NCBI GenBank assembly: GCA_963707505.1
Contig: CAVPQB010000004.1
Location: 1,216,001-1,280,000, forward strand
DNA length: 64,000 bases
Source of the DNA: an uncultured Gemmatimonadales bacterium
GTDB taxonomy: Bacteria > Gemmatimonadota > Gemmatimonadetes > Gemmatimonadales > Gemmatimonadaceae
Reading direction: 5' to 3'
Below the pieces are notes generated by a model. The model did not search any database. It was not told the origin of the DNA and saw nothing but the letters and a program-made list of their open reading frames with translations. Position numbers and translations under genes: made by a program. Positions 1-9,917 of the stretch are shown one piece after another. Positions within the stretch are counted from its first letter, which is position 1; every line of letters starts with the position of its first letter.

Positions 1-1179
1 GAAACACCCGGCACTGCTGCCGAATCGATCGGGCGATTGCGCGAGCGTCGGATTGAAACTGCTGGCGTAGCGTCTACTCCGGCAGCATCTCGGGATAGCG
101 CGCGCAACATTGCGCCTCGCGGTGTGCAGGGCGATCTCCGGCGCGAACGGCAGCGACGCCAGCACCGCCCATCCGCTGAGCGTTCCGTCGTCGGGCCCGT
201 ACGGCACACCGCGCGCGGCATAGCCGAAGCACGGCGGCCGCGGACCCTCGTCCGGGCCACTCGGCATCCGTCGTTGGGGCCGTCGCACGCGGTGAGGCCC
301 CAGCAGTATTCGTCGTAACCGGCGAACTCGTTCGGATTGCGCTGCGCGTACTCGCGCTGGACCATGCATCGCGCGCCGGCTGTTCTCGAAATAGTCGCAG
401 CGCTTCTCGCGCATGAAGCGATCCTGGATGCCGCGAAAATCGATCCAGGCGTGCGAGAACTGATGTATGAACAGCGGGCCCGCGTACAGAAAATCGTAGC
501 CGTACAGATTCTCCCACTGGTACGTCACGGTCCACGCTTCGTAGCCACTCGCCGTCGAGTGGATGCGTCGGCGATCCGAGCGCGAGCACGTACAACACGA
601 TCGCCTCGTTGTAACCCTGCCATCCGTAATGCAGAAAACCACATTCCGGCTTCCAGCCCTGCGTGATGACACCATGCTCGTCCTGCGCCCAGCGCCAGTC
701 GATGCGCCGATACAGCAGTTCGACGAGCTCGCGCAATTCGATTTCATCCGCCGTGTTCGCGGTGAAGTAATTGGCCGCGGTCAGTGCTCCGGCAATCAGC
801 AGGGCGGTGTCGATCATCGACAGCTCCGAGCGCCAGACGCGAGCGCCCGTGTCCATGTCGAGGAAGTGGTAATAGAAGCCCTTGTAGCCGGTTGCATCCG
901 GGCTGCCGCTCTGATCGCTGTCGCGAAAGAAACGCAGCGCGGCGAGGCTGCGTCCGACTGCGTCGGCCCGCGTTCCATCCAGCCGCGCTCCACCGCCACC
1001 GGATATACCGACAGAGCGAATCCGACCACTGCGATACTGCACGGAGAGTTCTCGCGCGTGGTATCAGCGACGAGCCCATTGACCGGATTCACGGCCTGCA
1101 CAAAATAGCCGAATGCGTCGCGCTGCAGGTGGTCGAGTGTCTGCTCATCCATCACCCCCGTGGGGTCACTGTTCTCCAT
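1..1179 (-). CDS. Glycoamylase/DUF3131 (GH144-like beta-1,2-glucanase) family protein, frameshifted, runs off the left edge
   Basis: The N-terminus (ORF 814..1179: LQRDAFGYF..NPVNGLVAD..PCSIAVVGFAL..VAVERGW) continues in ORF 74..1042 (GYKGFYYHFLDMDTG.R..SELSMIDTALL..GWKPE.GF..W.GYNEA). Frame changes near ~975 and ~555 and further downstream. Confidence 0.8.
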
Positions 1180-1268
1180 GCGCGCCGCGCTCCGTCGAGT
1201 TGAACTTTAGTTGCTACTTGTCCGAAATCTGCTCCACGTGGCCGCCGAACACCTGGCGCACCGCGGAC

Positions 1269-1323
1269 ACTTTACACATGCTTTACGCGTGCTGCACACG
1301 TGCTGCACACGCGCTGCACACGC
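1269..1323. repeat. Five tandem 11-bp degenerate direct repeats
   Basis: ACTTTACACAT GCTTTACGCGT GCTGCACACGT GCTGCACACGC GCTGCACACGC, read directly from the sequence. Confidence 0.8.
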
Positions 1324-1339
1324 GGTTCGCAGGTGCACT

Positions 1340-2821
1340 TCAGATACCCGCTTCCTGACTGTAGTACTGATGGTCCTCGCGCCAGCCGCCCTGGCCAGCT
1401 CCGATGTGCCGGTAGTCATCCACGAATTCTATACGCCGAACATACTTCACCATTGCGAAACCGAGCTGTGTCTCCACGCGCACGCGAAGCGGGGCGCCAT
1501 GCGGCACCGGTAGCGGGCTGTCATTCATCTCGTACGCCATGATCGTTTGTGGATCCGATGCCAGCTCAATGCTGATCGTTCCGTAGAACCGACCAGGGCC
1601 TGCACCGTCCGGCTCCGACGTCGCTTTATCATCCAGCGCATGGAACACCAGAAACCGCGCGGTCTCCAGCGGCCGGCAGCGTTGAATTATTTCCGCCAGC
1701 GACACACCGCCCCAGCTCGCGACGGCCGACCAGCCCTGAATGCAATCATGTTTGGTGATCTGGGTCTGTTTGGGCCAGCGCCGAAGCTCCGCAAGCGATA
1801 AACGCAGCGGATGTTCCACCAGCCCGTCCACCTCCAGCACAAAGCTCGCGAACTCTTCGCGAACCATCGCCGCGTATGCTGCGTCAGCCGGCGGCCGTCC
1901 GTTCACTCGAAAATATGGTGATATCTCCGATTGCGAATATCGCTGCGCCGAGACACCGTGACCGAACAGCGCATGGCGCAAACGGTCGGTGAGCGCCTGC
2001 GTGCGGCGCTGCACAAGTCGCGGATACCTCAGCGAATACCATGTCGCCAGGATGTGAATCAGAATGACTCCGCCAAGGCCAGCGAGCCCCACGATCAGGC
2101 CTAGCGTGCCGTGGGCGTGACCGACGTCACCGAGTACTATCAATGCCATCTCGCTCACCTCGCCGTGCAGGATCACCATCGTGAGGTGTGCAGCAGAGAA
2201 CGCCAGAAACGCGCACAGGCAGAGGAAGTGAATGCTGCGAGCCGCCTGCCGGCCACGAAAGATGCGAATGTACCATGGAAATCGCGCTGCGATCGAGGGC
2301 GACATGGCCAACCCCGTGGCGATTGCGAGCGGCGACAAGAGGAAGACCACCGAGAAATACGCCAGTTGTTCCAGCGGATTGTAGCGACCCGGCGTGACTA
2401 CGAGATGCAAGCTCAGATAGGACTGAAGCGCGTGGAAGGCGCCCGGAATGATGGACCACGAGGTGGGAACCAGCCGCCGCCATTCTGGCGTGACAGCGAG
2501 CATCACAACGTACAACAGACCGGTGAACAGCCAGCCGGCATCGGCAAGGAAGTGCCAGTGCCGTCCGAGCCCCAGATTCCGGTGCCCTGGCAACGCAATC
2601 CACGACGAGAACGATTCCTCCTCGTCGCGCGACGTCCAGAGCTCGTGTAGTGGCATCCGTTTGCGCGTGAGCCGAAGCCACTCGCTCCCCGGGGTGCAGT
2701 CGTCGTTCCAGTAGAGCTTGGGATGCGCGCTCAGTATTTCCAGCCCGCTACGTACCAGGAGCGAGATGAACAGCAGGTTGAGGAAGTGCGTCGCGCGCAG
2801 CCAGAGCGGAAAGTCGAGCAT
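1340..2821 (-). CDS. Cytochrome b domain fused to a sulfite-oxidase-family (MsrP/YedY-like) molybdopterin oxidoreductase domain
   Basis: N-terminal TM helices with His residues (RATHFLN, GRHWHF, RSIHF, AAHL); C-terminal QITKHDCIQGWS, AYEMND.PLP..HGAPLR.RVETQLG..MVKY. Confidence 0.85.
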   Translation of the reverse strand: MLDFPLWLRATHFLNLLFISLLVRSGLEILSAHPKLYWNDDCTPGSEWLRLTRKRMPLHELWTSRDEEESFSSWIALPGHRNLGLGRHWHFLADAGWLFTGLLYVVMLAVTPEWRRLVPTSWSIIPGAFHALQSYLSLHLVVTPGRYNPLEQLAYFSVVFLLSPLAIATGLAMSPSIAARFPWYIRIFRGRQAARSIHFLCLCAFLAFSAAHLTMVILHGEVSEMALIVLGDVGHAHGTLGLIVGLAGLGGVILIHILATWYSLRYPRLVQRRTQALTDRLRHALFGHGVSAQRYSQSEISPYFRVNGRPPADAAYAAMVREEFASFVLEVDGLVEHPLRLSLAELRRWPKQTQITKHDCIQGWSAVASWGGVSLAEIIQRCRPLETARFLVFHALDDKATSEPDGAGPGRFYGTISIELASDPQTIMAYEMNDSPLPVPHGAPLRVRVETQLGFAMVKYVRRIEFVDDYRHIGAGQGGWREDHQYYSQEAGI

Positions 2822-2935
2822 CGTTGTTTCAGGATGACGGAGATGAGTAGGGACGAGCGAGCAACGACGTCAGCGCCAGCCAGTCGTTGATCTCGCTTTG
2901 TGTATCGCATCCGTGTTGCGTCTTTGCGACGGTGG

Positions 2936-2951
2936 TGCATGGATCGCGCCC
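2936..2951 (-). promoter_or_regulatory. Putative sigma54 -24/-12 promoter of the Mo oxidoreductase
   Basis: The minus strand reads GGGCGCGATCCATGCA (GG-N10-GC), about 115 bp upstream of the start at 2821. Confidence 0.4.
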
Positions 2952-3007
2952 TTATTGGCACACAACGTGAACGCGTTGACTTATTCGTTTCACGTCGGCA
3001 TTGTGCA

Positions 3008-3932
3008 TTCAACGTGTGGGTGTTGCTCGGCGACAGTGAAATGGCCGAAGGCTCGATCTGGGAAGCCTTCGACAAGGCTGGTCACTACAAGCTGGATAAC
3101 GTGATCGCAATCCTTGATATGAACCGCTTGGGTCAGCGCGGAGCGACCGAGCTCGGCTGGAATGCACCTGTTTACGCCGAGCGCGCACGCGCGTTTGGAT
3201 GGCACGCAATCGAGATTGACGGCCACGACATCGATGCTATCGACCGTGCGTACGCGGAGGCTGTCGCGCAAACAGAGCAGCCCACATGCATCATCGCAAA
3301 GACGTTGAAGGGATCAGGTGTCCCACTGGTCGAGAACAAGAATGGCTGGCATGGCAAGCCGCTCAGTCCAGCCCAGGCGAAGCAGGCCATCGAGGAGCTT
3401 GGTGGTGAGCGCCACATCACCGTGAGTGTTGCGAGGGCAGAAACGCTGCAACCAGCACCGCAACCGCCTGCCACTCCATTGAAACTACCGGTTTATGAAG
3501 TCGGTGCGTCCAGTGAAACGTTCCCCGTTGGCGGGAGCAAGGTACTTCGACGCTCGGACGCAGATCAGGCGACGATCGTCGCCGCGGGCGTAACGCTGCA
3601 CGAGAGTCTCCGCGCTTATGAGCAGCTCAAGTCCGAAGGCGTCCAGGTGCGAGTGATTGATGCCTATTCTGTCAAGCCGATCGACGTCGAGGCGCTGCAC
3701 GAAGCCGCGCGCGTGCCAGGTGGCTGCATCGTCGTGGTAGAAGATCACTGGAGCGAGGGCGGACTCGGCGACGCTGTACTTGGTGCGTTCGCGGATGGCG
3801 CCGGGAATTCCGCACAGGGTGATCAAACTGTGCGTGCGCGCAATGCCGACGTCGGGGAAACCCGCGGAACTCCTGAGCGCTGCTGGAATCGATGCAGAGC
3901 ATATCGCTCAGGCCGTCAGGGCGGCAGTTTGA
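3008..3932 (+). pseudogene. tkt: Transketolase remnant (N-terminus missing, central pyrimidine-binding domain deleted in frame, frameshift near 3810)
   Basis: ThDP motif LLGDSEMAEGSIWEA..ILDMNRLGQ and NGWHGKPL join directly to the C-terminal domain (FPVGGSKVLR..AAGVTLHE..VIDAYSVKPID..VVEDH..EGGLG). The terminal frame ..MPTSGKPAELL.AAGIDAEHI ends at TGA 3930-3932. Confidence 0.8.
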
Positions 3933-3938
3933 GACGCG

Positions 3939-5112
3939 ATGCCGAGCTATAAATACCTGATTGTGGGCGGAGGAATGACCGCCGCTGCTGCAATTGGTGG
4001 AATCCGCGAGGTGGACCTCACTGGCTCCATCGGAGTGATCACATCCGAGCGGCATCCACCATACAACAGGCCACCACTGTCGAAGGGACTCTGGAAGGGG
4101 GAGTCTCTGGACAGCATCTGGCGGCCGTCAGCTGACGACAACCTGATGTTCCACCAGGGCTGTACGGCGCGCGGTCTGGACGCGCACGGTAAGCGAGTCA
4201 CGGACGATCATGGCACAGTGCACGTAGTACCAGAAGCTGCTGCTCGCAACCGGATGCAGAACGCGAACTTTTCCATTTGGCCAGGATCAGATGTATCTAC
4301 TTCCGAACCGTCGATGATTACCAGAGACTTCGCAGCGCAGCCGAGCATTGCGATCGCTTCGCCGTAATCGGCGGCGGGTTCATCGGTTCGGAGATCGCGG
4401 CCGCGCTGGCAATGAATGGAAAGAAGGTAACATGGATCTTTCCCGACGAGTTCGTTGGAAGTCGCATGTATCCACCTGAGCTCGCCAAGTCATTGAACGA
4501 GCTTTACCGCAGCCGAGGTGTCGAAGTTGTGTCGGGTGCGAAAGTGACCGGCTGCGAATCGCGTGCGGGGGAATCGACGCTTACAGTTCACGGCAACCTG
4601 AGCGGGGTCGACCGGAAGATCGTCGTGGATGGCGTTGTCGCAGGCGTCGGAGTTCAACCGAACGTGGAACTGGCTCAGGCTGCCGGCCTCACCGTCGACA
4701 ACGGCATCCGAGTCGATGCATCTCTGCGCACTGACAATCGCGATATCTACGCTGCGGGAGACGTTGCCAGCATCTTCACCACTTCGCTCGACGAATGGCG
4801 CCGCGTCGAGCACGAGGACTGCGCCAATACCATGGGCGCGCACGCGGGAGTCGCCATGGCTGGACGGACGGTGTCATACGAGCACCTGCCGTTCTTCTAC
4901 TCCGACATCTTCGAGATGGGCTACGAGGCCGTCGGAGAGGTGGACAGCCGGCTGGACATGATCACCGCTGGAAAACACCGTGCAAGGATGGCGCGATCTA
5001 CTACTTACGCGAAGGGCGCGTGCGCGGCGTGTTGATCTCGAACATTCACGGATTGGTGGACGGAGCCAAGCGGCTGATCGGCTCTGCGATTTCGATCCAT
5101 AGTGCTGACTAG
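3939..5112 (+). CDS. NAD(P)/FAD-dependent oxidoreductase (ferredoxin reductase-like), three frameshifts
   Basis: YLIVGGGMTA..PYNRPPLSK, KLLLATG, AVIGGGFIGSEIAA, IYAAGDVA, RVEHED, PFFYSD spread over ORFs 3939.., 4277.. and 4795..; shifts near 4225, 4293 and 4967. Confidence 0.85.
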
Positions 5113-5244
5113 GAAGGACGGCTTCCGACGTAGCGGTTACGCGACCGTTCCGTCCGCTGCGGCATGATGCGTATGCAGGCCCTCTTACGGATTTCTCCCT
5201 GGAACTTCTCCATCGCTTGTGTAGGTGAGCAGCATATTCACACC

Positions 5245-5260
5245 CGGTACGGAAGATGCA
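5245..5260 (+). promoter_or_regulatory. Putative sigma54 -24/-12 promoter
   Basis: CGGTACGGAAGATGCA (GG-N10-GC), about 87 bp before the ATG at 5347. Confidence 0.5.
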
Positions 5261-5346
5261 GCCCAACCGAGCGATGGGTACGCCAAAATCGGACCGGAGC
5301 AGCGACTGTCGGACCAGGTCCACGATCCGGCAACGAATAGGAGGAC

Positions 5347-5880
5347 ATGATGGCCACGGCACCCCGGCGAGCCCACACCGTATCGGACAAGCCACCCACC
5401 GATCCCGCGCACGCGGAGCATGCCGCGATCCACGAGCTCTCCCGTAGCAAATGTGAGGCTCTGCTGACGAAGCACCACGTGGGTCGGCTCGGAATCTCGT
5501 TCCACGACAGGGTGCGCGTTGAGCTTGCTAACTACGTCTACCACGAAGGGTGGATCTACGCGAGGACGGAGCAAGGCTCGGATCTGGCGAGCATGCAGCA
5601 TCACCCGTGGGCTGCGTTCGAAGTGGACGAGATCGATGGAATGTACGATTGGCGAACGGTTGAGGTGGCGGGCTCTATTGAACTCGTCGCAAATGGCGGC
5701 GCCTTCGCTCGCTCGGCAAGTTTCGATAGCGCAGTGCAATTGATGCGTGCTGTGGTACCCGCAGTGCTCACCAGCAACGATCCAACTCCGGAACGCGTCC
5801 AGATCCTGCGCATTCACGTGGATGAAATCAAAGGCCGCGAGGCGCGTTGTGGAACTGCGGTCGCGTCCGGAGACGCGTAG
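5347..5880 (+). CDS. Pyridoxamine 5'-phosphate oxidase-like flavin-binding protein (NimA-like)
   Basis: C.ALL..HHVGRLG, NYVY..GWIY.RT..GS, AAFEVDEIDG..DWRTV.V.G; GAGGA RBS. Confidence 0.8.
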   Translation: MMATAPRRAHTVSDKPPTDPAHAEHAAIHELSRSKCEALLTKHHVGRLGISFHDRVRVELANYVYHEGWIYARTEQGSDLASMQHHPWAAFEVDEIDGMYDWRTVEVAGSIELVANGGAFARSASFDSAVQLMRAVVPAVLTSNDPTPERVQILRIHVDEIKGREARCGTAVASGDA

Positions 5881-5898
5881 GCACTGGCAACGGTCTGG

Positions 5899-5914
5899 CG
5901 GCGTGCTTTTTGCT
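5899..5914 (+). promoter_or_regulatory. Putative sigma54 -24/-12 promoter
   Basis: CGGCGTGCTTTTTGCT (GG-N10-GC with TTGC), about 56 bp before the ATG at 5970. Confidence 0.6.
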
Positions 5915-5969
5915 CGCCAATATGACTCGTGGGACCGGCTTCCGTGTCCCATCACTTTAGGGAGGTTGT

Positions 5970-6623
5970 ATGGACGTTGAGCTAACGCGATACGTAGGCC
6001 TCACGACGCTCGCTGCGTGTGTGGTTCTGGGCGGATGCAAGGCGAAGGATACTTCTGCGACAGACACCACGGCCGCAATGAGTGCAACCGCGAACACGGC
6101 GACAGGCGACACATCTGCCATGGGCGGAGCGGCAAAGGCTGGTGATACGACGGCGGGAGCCAGCGGCGCTGCGTTGTCGGACGCCAACATTGCCGCGTTG
6201 GTCGATGAAGTGAACATGGGAGATAGCGCTCTGGCAGCTTCGGCACTCCCCAAGCTCACTAGCACCGGCGCCAGGGATTTCGCCAAGTTGATGATGGGCG
6301 AGCACCATGCGATCCACGTTCAGGGTGTGCAGGTCGAGAAGGCGCAGAACATCACGCCACAGCTTCCGACGCCAGACCCGTTCAAGCCGGCAGTCGACGC
6401 CGAGCAAACGGCGCTCAGCTCGATGTCAAAGGGTGCGGCGTACGACTCGACATATATCGCGCACGAAGCCGGAATCCATCAGGCTGTAATCGACTGGGCG
6501 GGGAAGAACACGCCTCAGAACGCCGCCTATCAGCAGTATCTGAAGACGGCCGGTCCGGTGTATCAGAAGCACCTGGATCACGCGCTCGCGCTTGAGAAGA
6601 AGATGAGCGGCTCCAAGGCATAG
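5970..6623 (+). CDS. DUF4142 domain lipoprotein
   Basis: Lipobox VLGGC, Ala/Thr linker, LSDANIAA..DEVNM.D..A, RDFAKLMM.EH, YDSTYIAHE...HQ, HL..A; GGGAGG RBS. Confidence 0.8.
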   Translation: MDVELTRYVGLTTLAACVVLGGCKAKDTSATDTTAAMSATANTATGDTSAMGGAAKAGDTTAGASGAALSDANIAALVDEVNMGDSALAASALPKLTSTGARDFAKLMMGEHHAIHVQGVQVEKAQNITPQLPTPDPFKPAVDAEQTALSSMSKGAAYDSTYIAHEAGIHQAVIDWAGKNTPQNAAYQQYLKTAGPVYQKHLDHALALEKKMSGSKA

Positions 6624-6681
6624 TCCGCACGTTTCCGGTGTCCCGGACGTCCGCGTTGTTGCCTCAGTAAAGACGGCGTCA

Positions 6682-7113
6682 ATGATAGTTACAAAGCGAG
6701 TCTACGAGCCGTCCGCATCCGCGGACGGCTATCGCGTGTTGATCGACCGGCTCTGGCCGCGCGGCGTTTCGAAGGCCAGGGCCAATCTGGACGCTTGGGA
6801 GAAGGATGTCGCTCCGTCCGATGAGCTTCGAAAATGGTACGAGCACGACGCCCGGAAGTGGCCGGAGTTTCAGAAGCGCTACACACGGGAGCTGAAGGCG
6901 CCGGCGGCGAAGGAAGTACTCGACGCTCTAGTGAGGCGCGCAATGCGCGCGCGCGTCACGCTCGTGTACTCATCGCATGCGGCCGACATCAGCGACGTCG
7001 CGGTGCTCGAGAAGCTGCTCACCAGGCGAGTGAAGAAGGCGAAGCTTGGAAGGAGCACAAAGTCGGCACCGACGGCGAAGCGCAGCAGGCGGAAGAGTAC
7101 ATCAAGGGCGTAG
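6682..7113 (+). CDS. DUF488/YeaO family protein with a basic C-terminal tail
   Basis: KRVYEP..ADGYRVLIDRLWPRGVSK..W.KDVAPS.ELRKWY.HD..KW.EF..RY..EL. Confidence 0.9.
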   Translation: MIVTKRVYEPSASADGYRVLIDRLWPRGVSKARANLDAWEKDVAPSDELRKWYEHDARKWPEFQKRYTRELKAPAAKEVLDALVRRAMRARVTLVYSSHAADISDVAVLEKLLTRRVKKAKLGRSTKSAPTAKRSRRKSTSRA

Positions 7114-7307
7114 TCCCGCGCTGCGAGATGCCTCAGAGCGGCGGTGACTGATCGATCGCATCGCGCAATGCGCGCAGCTCGCGCACGAGGTCCACAAGTG
7201 GGTAGCTGCCGTTCGCACAGTTCGGTCCGATACCATGGTGAGCGCCGAACCTTCGTGGGATGTTGCTCGTGGCCTGCGGCGCCAATCCGTGTGACGTGCC
7301 AGCTGCG

Positions 7308-8378
7308 CTAGCCTGCCATCGTCGGGTAATCGACATATCCATGGGGGCCGCTCGAGTAGAACGTTGCGCGATCCGGCTCATTCAGTGGAGCCCCTCGCTT
7401 CACGCGCTCGACGAGATCCGGATTCGCAATGAACAGCCGCCCAAACGCCACGAGATCCGCGCAGTTCTTCTCCAGTACACGCTCCGCAGTCTCCGGTGTG
7501 TAGCCGCTCGCAGTGATTATCGTCCCGCGATACGATTCGCGCACAAGGGCTGTCGAGCAGACTTGTCTCTCGTCCGGGCCACTCGTCCCGACTGGAGCTT
7601 CGACGACGTGTACATATGCCAGCGCGCGATCGTTCAGCGCGGTTGCAACGTGCGAAAATGTCTCCACCGGATCGGCGTCATGAATTCCGTTCGATCCGCC
7701 GGCCGGCGATACGCGCACTCCAACGCGCTCGCTCGGCCAGATCGATGTCACGGCGTCGATTATCTCGAGTAGAAAGCGCGCACGATTGGCGGGACTGCCA
7801 CCGTATTCATCCGTGCGCTGGTTGGTTCCGGTCTGAAAGAACTGGTCAATCAGATATCCGTTCGCGCCGTGCAGCTCGACGCCGTCGAAACCTGCCTCGT
7901 GCGCGACGTCGGCAGCGCGCCGAAATTCAGCGACCACACCCGGAACGTCTTCCGATGCAAGTGCGCGCGGCGTTTCAAAATCCTTCATTCCGTCCGGTGT
8001 GTACGCCTTGCCAGCGGGTGGAATGGCGGACGGCGCGACCGGCTGCTGTCCGTGGTAATAGGAATGCGACACGCGTCCAACGTGCCACAGCTGCGCGAAG
8101 ATCCTCCCGCCAGCGTGATGAACTGCGTCCGTCACGGTTCGCCAGCCATCGCGCTGCACATCGGTGTAGATGCCTGGCGTGTCCTGATAACCCTGTCCGA
8201 GCGGAGCGACCTGCGTCCCTTCGGTGATGATCAAGCCCGCAGTCGCGCGTTGCGCATAGTACCGCGCCATCAGCGTGTTGGGTGTTCCCCCTGGGGCGCG
8301 ATTGCGGGTGAGCGGGCACATCACCATTCGGTTTGGCATGGTGATGGCGCCGAGGCGATATGGTTCGAGAAGAAGCAT
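7308..8378 (-). CDS. Alkene reductase (Old Yellow Enzyme/NemA family)
   Basis: NRMVMCPLTRNRA, YYAQRATAGLIITEG, QLWHVGR, GFDGVELHGANGYL, R.DEYGGS, FGRLFIANPDL. Confidence 0.95.
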   Translation of the reverse strand: MLLLEPYRLGAITMPNRMVMCPLTRNRAPGGTPNTLMARYYAQRATAGLIITEGTQVAPLGQGYQDTPGIYTDVQRDGWRTVTDAVHHAGGRIFAQLWHVGRVSHSYYHGQQPVAPSAIPPAGKAYTPDGMKDFETPRALASEDVPGVVAEFRRAADVAHEAGFDGVELHGANGYLIDQFFQTGTNQRTDEYGGSPANRARFLLEIIDAVTSIWPSERVGVRVSPAGGSNGIHDADPVETFSHVATALNDRALAYVHVVEAPVGTSGPDERQVCSTALVRESYRGTIITASGYTPETAERVLEKNCADLVAFGRLFIANPDLVERVKRGAPLNEPDRATFYSSGPHGYVDYPTMAG

Positions 8379-8400
8379 CGGTGAATTCCAGTGGTTGTTA

Positions 8401-9267
8401 CTACGCGCCGGACGTGACCTGGCTGTGATTCAACGTCGCGACGAGTACGACGCCGCCAATGACGTTGCCTATTATCGCCGGAATGAGAAAGCCGCCAAGC
8501 ATCGCACTCCAGCTGGCCGCGCCGGTCAACGCAAGGTAGAACGACTCGACCGCCCCTGCAATCGAGTGACGAAATCCAAACGCCGCGATCGGAGCGGTCG
8601 TTATCCATATGTACAGCACCTGCGTGCCCGTCGCACGCGTTGACGATACCAGCCACGCCATGAGCGCCACGAGCCAGCCGCCGAATATCGCGCGGTATAT
8701 GACCAGAGCGAAGCCACCATCCGTGCCACGCGTCGCCACGTTCAGAAGCGCGCGCTGCATGGGTTCATCCAACAATGGTGTTCTGGCCGCGAGCGTGGCG
8801 AATATCGCCGCTCCGATGAGATTGCCAACCAGTACGATCATCCACAATCGCAGCAGGCGCACAAACGTCTTCCGGTCACGCCGTTGCAGGAAGGGTATGA
8901 CGGGCTCGAGTGTGTTCTCGGTGAACAGCTGATTGCGAGCCTGCACCACGAAGATGAATCCGAGTGGATATCCCGCTGCGATCGCAGCGGGCGCATACGC
9001 CGGTGGAACCCAGAGCGTGAGGTATGCGGCTGCAAGAAAGCTGAACCCGATCGTAAGCCCGGCCGCGAGCGCGGACCATCCGAGGTCGCTTGCTGGTCGC
9101 CGCATTTCCTCCTCGGCGACCACGCGTACGTTCTCGTGGATTTCCGCCGCCGAGAGACGAGTGCCGGTGGCCGGAGTCGTGGTGTCAGCGGACTGCTGCG
9201 ACTCGTGATTCTGCGAAGCCTCGGGATTCTCCGACGGCCTGGGTTTTGACTCCGGCGTGACGCTCAC
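8401..9267 (-). CDS. Formate/nitrite transporter family protein (YfdC-like)
   Basis: SALAAGLTIGFS, YPLGFIFVV..R.QLFTENT, GNLIG, FRHSIAG..E, GNVIGG. Confidence 0.9.
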   Translation of the reverse strand: MSVTPESKPRPSENPEASQNHESQQSADTTTPATGTRLSAAEIHENVRVVAEEEMRRPASDLGWSALAAGLTIGFSFLAAAYLTLWVPPAYAPAAIAAGYPLGFIFVVQARNQLFTENTLEPVIPFLQRRDRKTFVRLLRLWMIVLVGNLIGAAIFATLAARTPLLDEPMQRALLNVATRGTDGGFALVIYRAIFGGWLVALMAWLVSSTRATGTQVLYIWITTAPIAAFGFRHSIAGAVESFYLALTGAASWSAMLGGFLIPAIIGNVIGGVVLVATLNHSQVTSGA

Positions 9268-9788
9268 TATTTTCCGCCGCCTTTCGCGGCAGGAGTGCCC
9301 TTTCTCTGTTGCTCGTTCGGTACTATCCCGAGTGCGGTGGCAAGATCGATCTGGTGATCCTGCTCCTGCTTAACGATCTCACGTAATACCTCCCCCAGCG
9401 CGTATTCTCCGAGTGCGTCGGCCTGCCTGATCCGTTCGCGGTAATTGCGAATCGTGTCATCTTCGGCCTTGAGATCGAGGCGCAGCATTCCCTCGTTGTC
9501 TTCTGATACTTCGATCGGTTTGGGTTCGTGCACCGGGTATTCGCCGAAATAATCCAGCTGTCGTGCGATTGCGAGCGCGTGATCGAGCTCCTGATGCGCG
9601 TGCTCCGTGAGCTGGTCGGCGATGTTCATGAATCGCGCCGAGTCGAGCTTCTGACTGAAGATCACGTACTGGATGATCGCCTTGTACTCGCGGGCGATGT
9701 CGTCCTGCAGCCCCTGGATCAGCTGGTCTCTGGTTACCTGCGTCGGCTGCGTGCTGGGCGCAGTTGCGCCTGCCCCTTTCGTCGCCAT
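9267..9788 (-). CDS. Bacterioferritin-like ferritin-superfamily protein
   Basis: Di-iron pattern REYKAIIQY..QELDH..AEDDTIRNY..QEQDH. Confidence 0.85.
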   Translation of the reverse strand: MATKGAGATAPSTQPTQVTRDQLIQGLQDDIAREYKAIIQYVIFSQKLDSARFMNIADQLTEHAHQELDHALAIARQLDYFGEYPVHEPKPIEVSEDNEGMLRLDLKAEDDTIRNYRERIRQADALGEYALGEVLREIVKQEQDHQIDLATALGIVPNEQQRKGTPAAKGGGK

Positions 9789-9841
9789 TTTGGAATTACG
9801 TTGGAGTTAGATGAGTGACCTGCATTATGATCAATGGATGA

Positions 9842-9857
9842 AGCAGGAAGCTTGCCG
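9842..9857 (-). promoter_or_regulatory. Putative sigma54 -24/-12 promoter of the ferritin-FNT-OYE unit
   Basis: The minus strand reads CGGCAAGCTTCCTGCT (GG-N10-GC), about 54 bp upstream of the ATG at 9788. Confidence 0.5.
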
Positions 9858-9917
9858 GCGCCCAGCGCGGATCGGGCGGGGAAGACCGCCTGCGCGATAC
9901 TCGCGTAGAGGAGCGGC

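Noticed and set aside
2956..2971. TGGCACACAACGTGAA as a sigma54 promoter for tkt
   Set aside because: Has GA instead of the conserved -12 GC, and the downstream gene has lost its 5' end.
7133..7381. 82-aa - strand ORF downstream of the alkene reductase
   Set aside because: Overlaps the OYE 3' end, with no RBS or recognisable motif; cannot be supported.
9267..9320. Ferritin C-terminal tail as an encapsulin cargo-loading peptide
   Set aside because: No L.IGSL-type motif and no encapsulin gene in the window.
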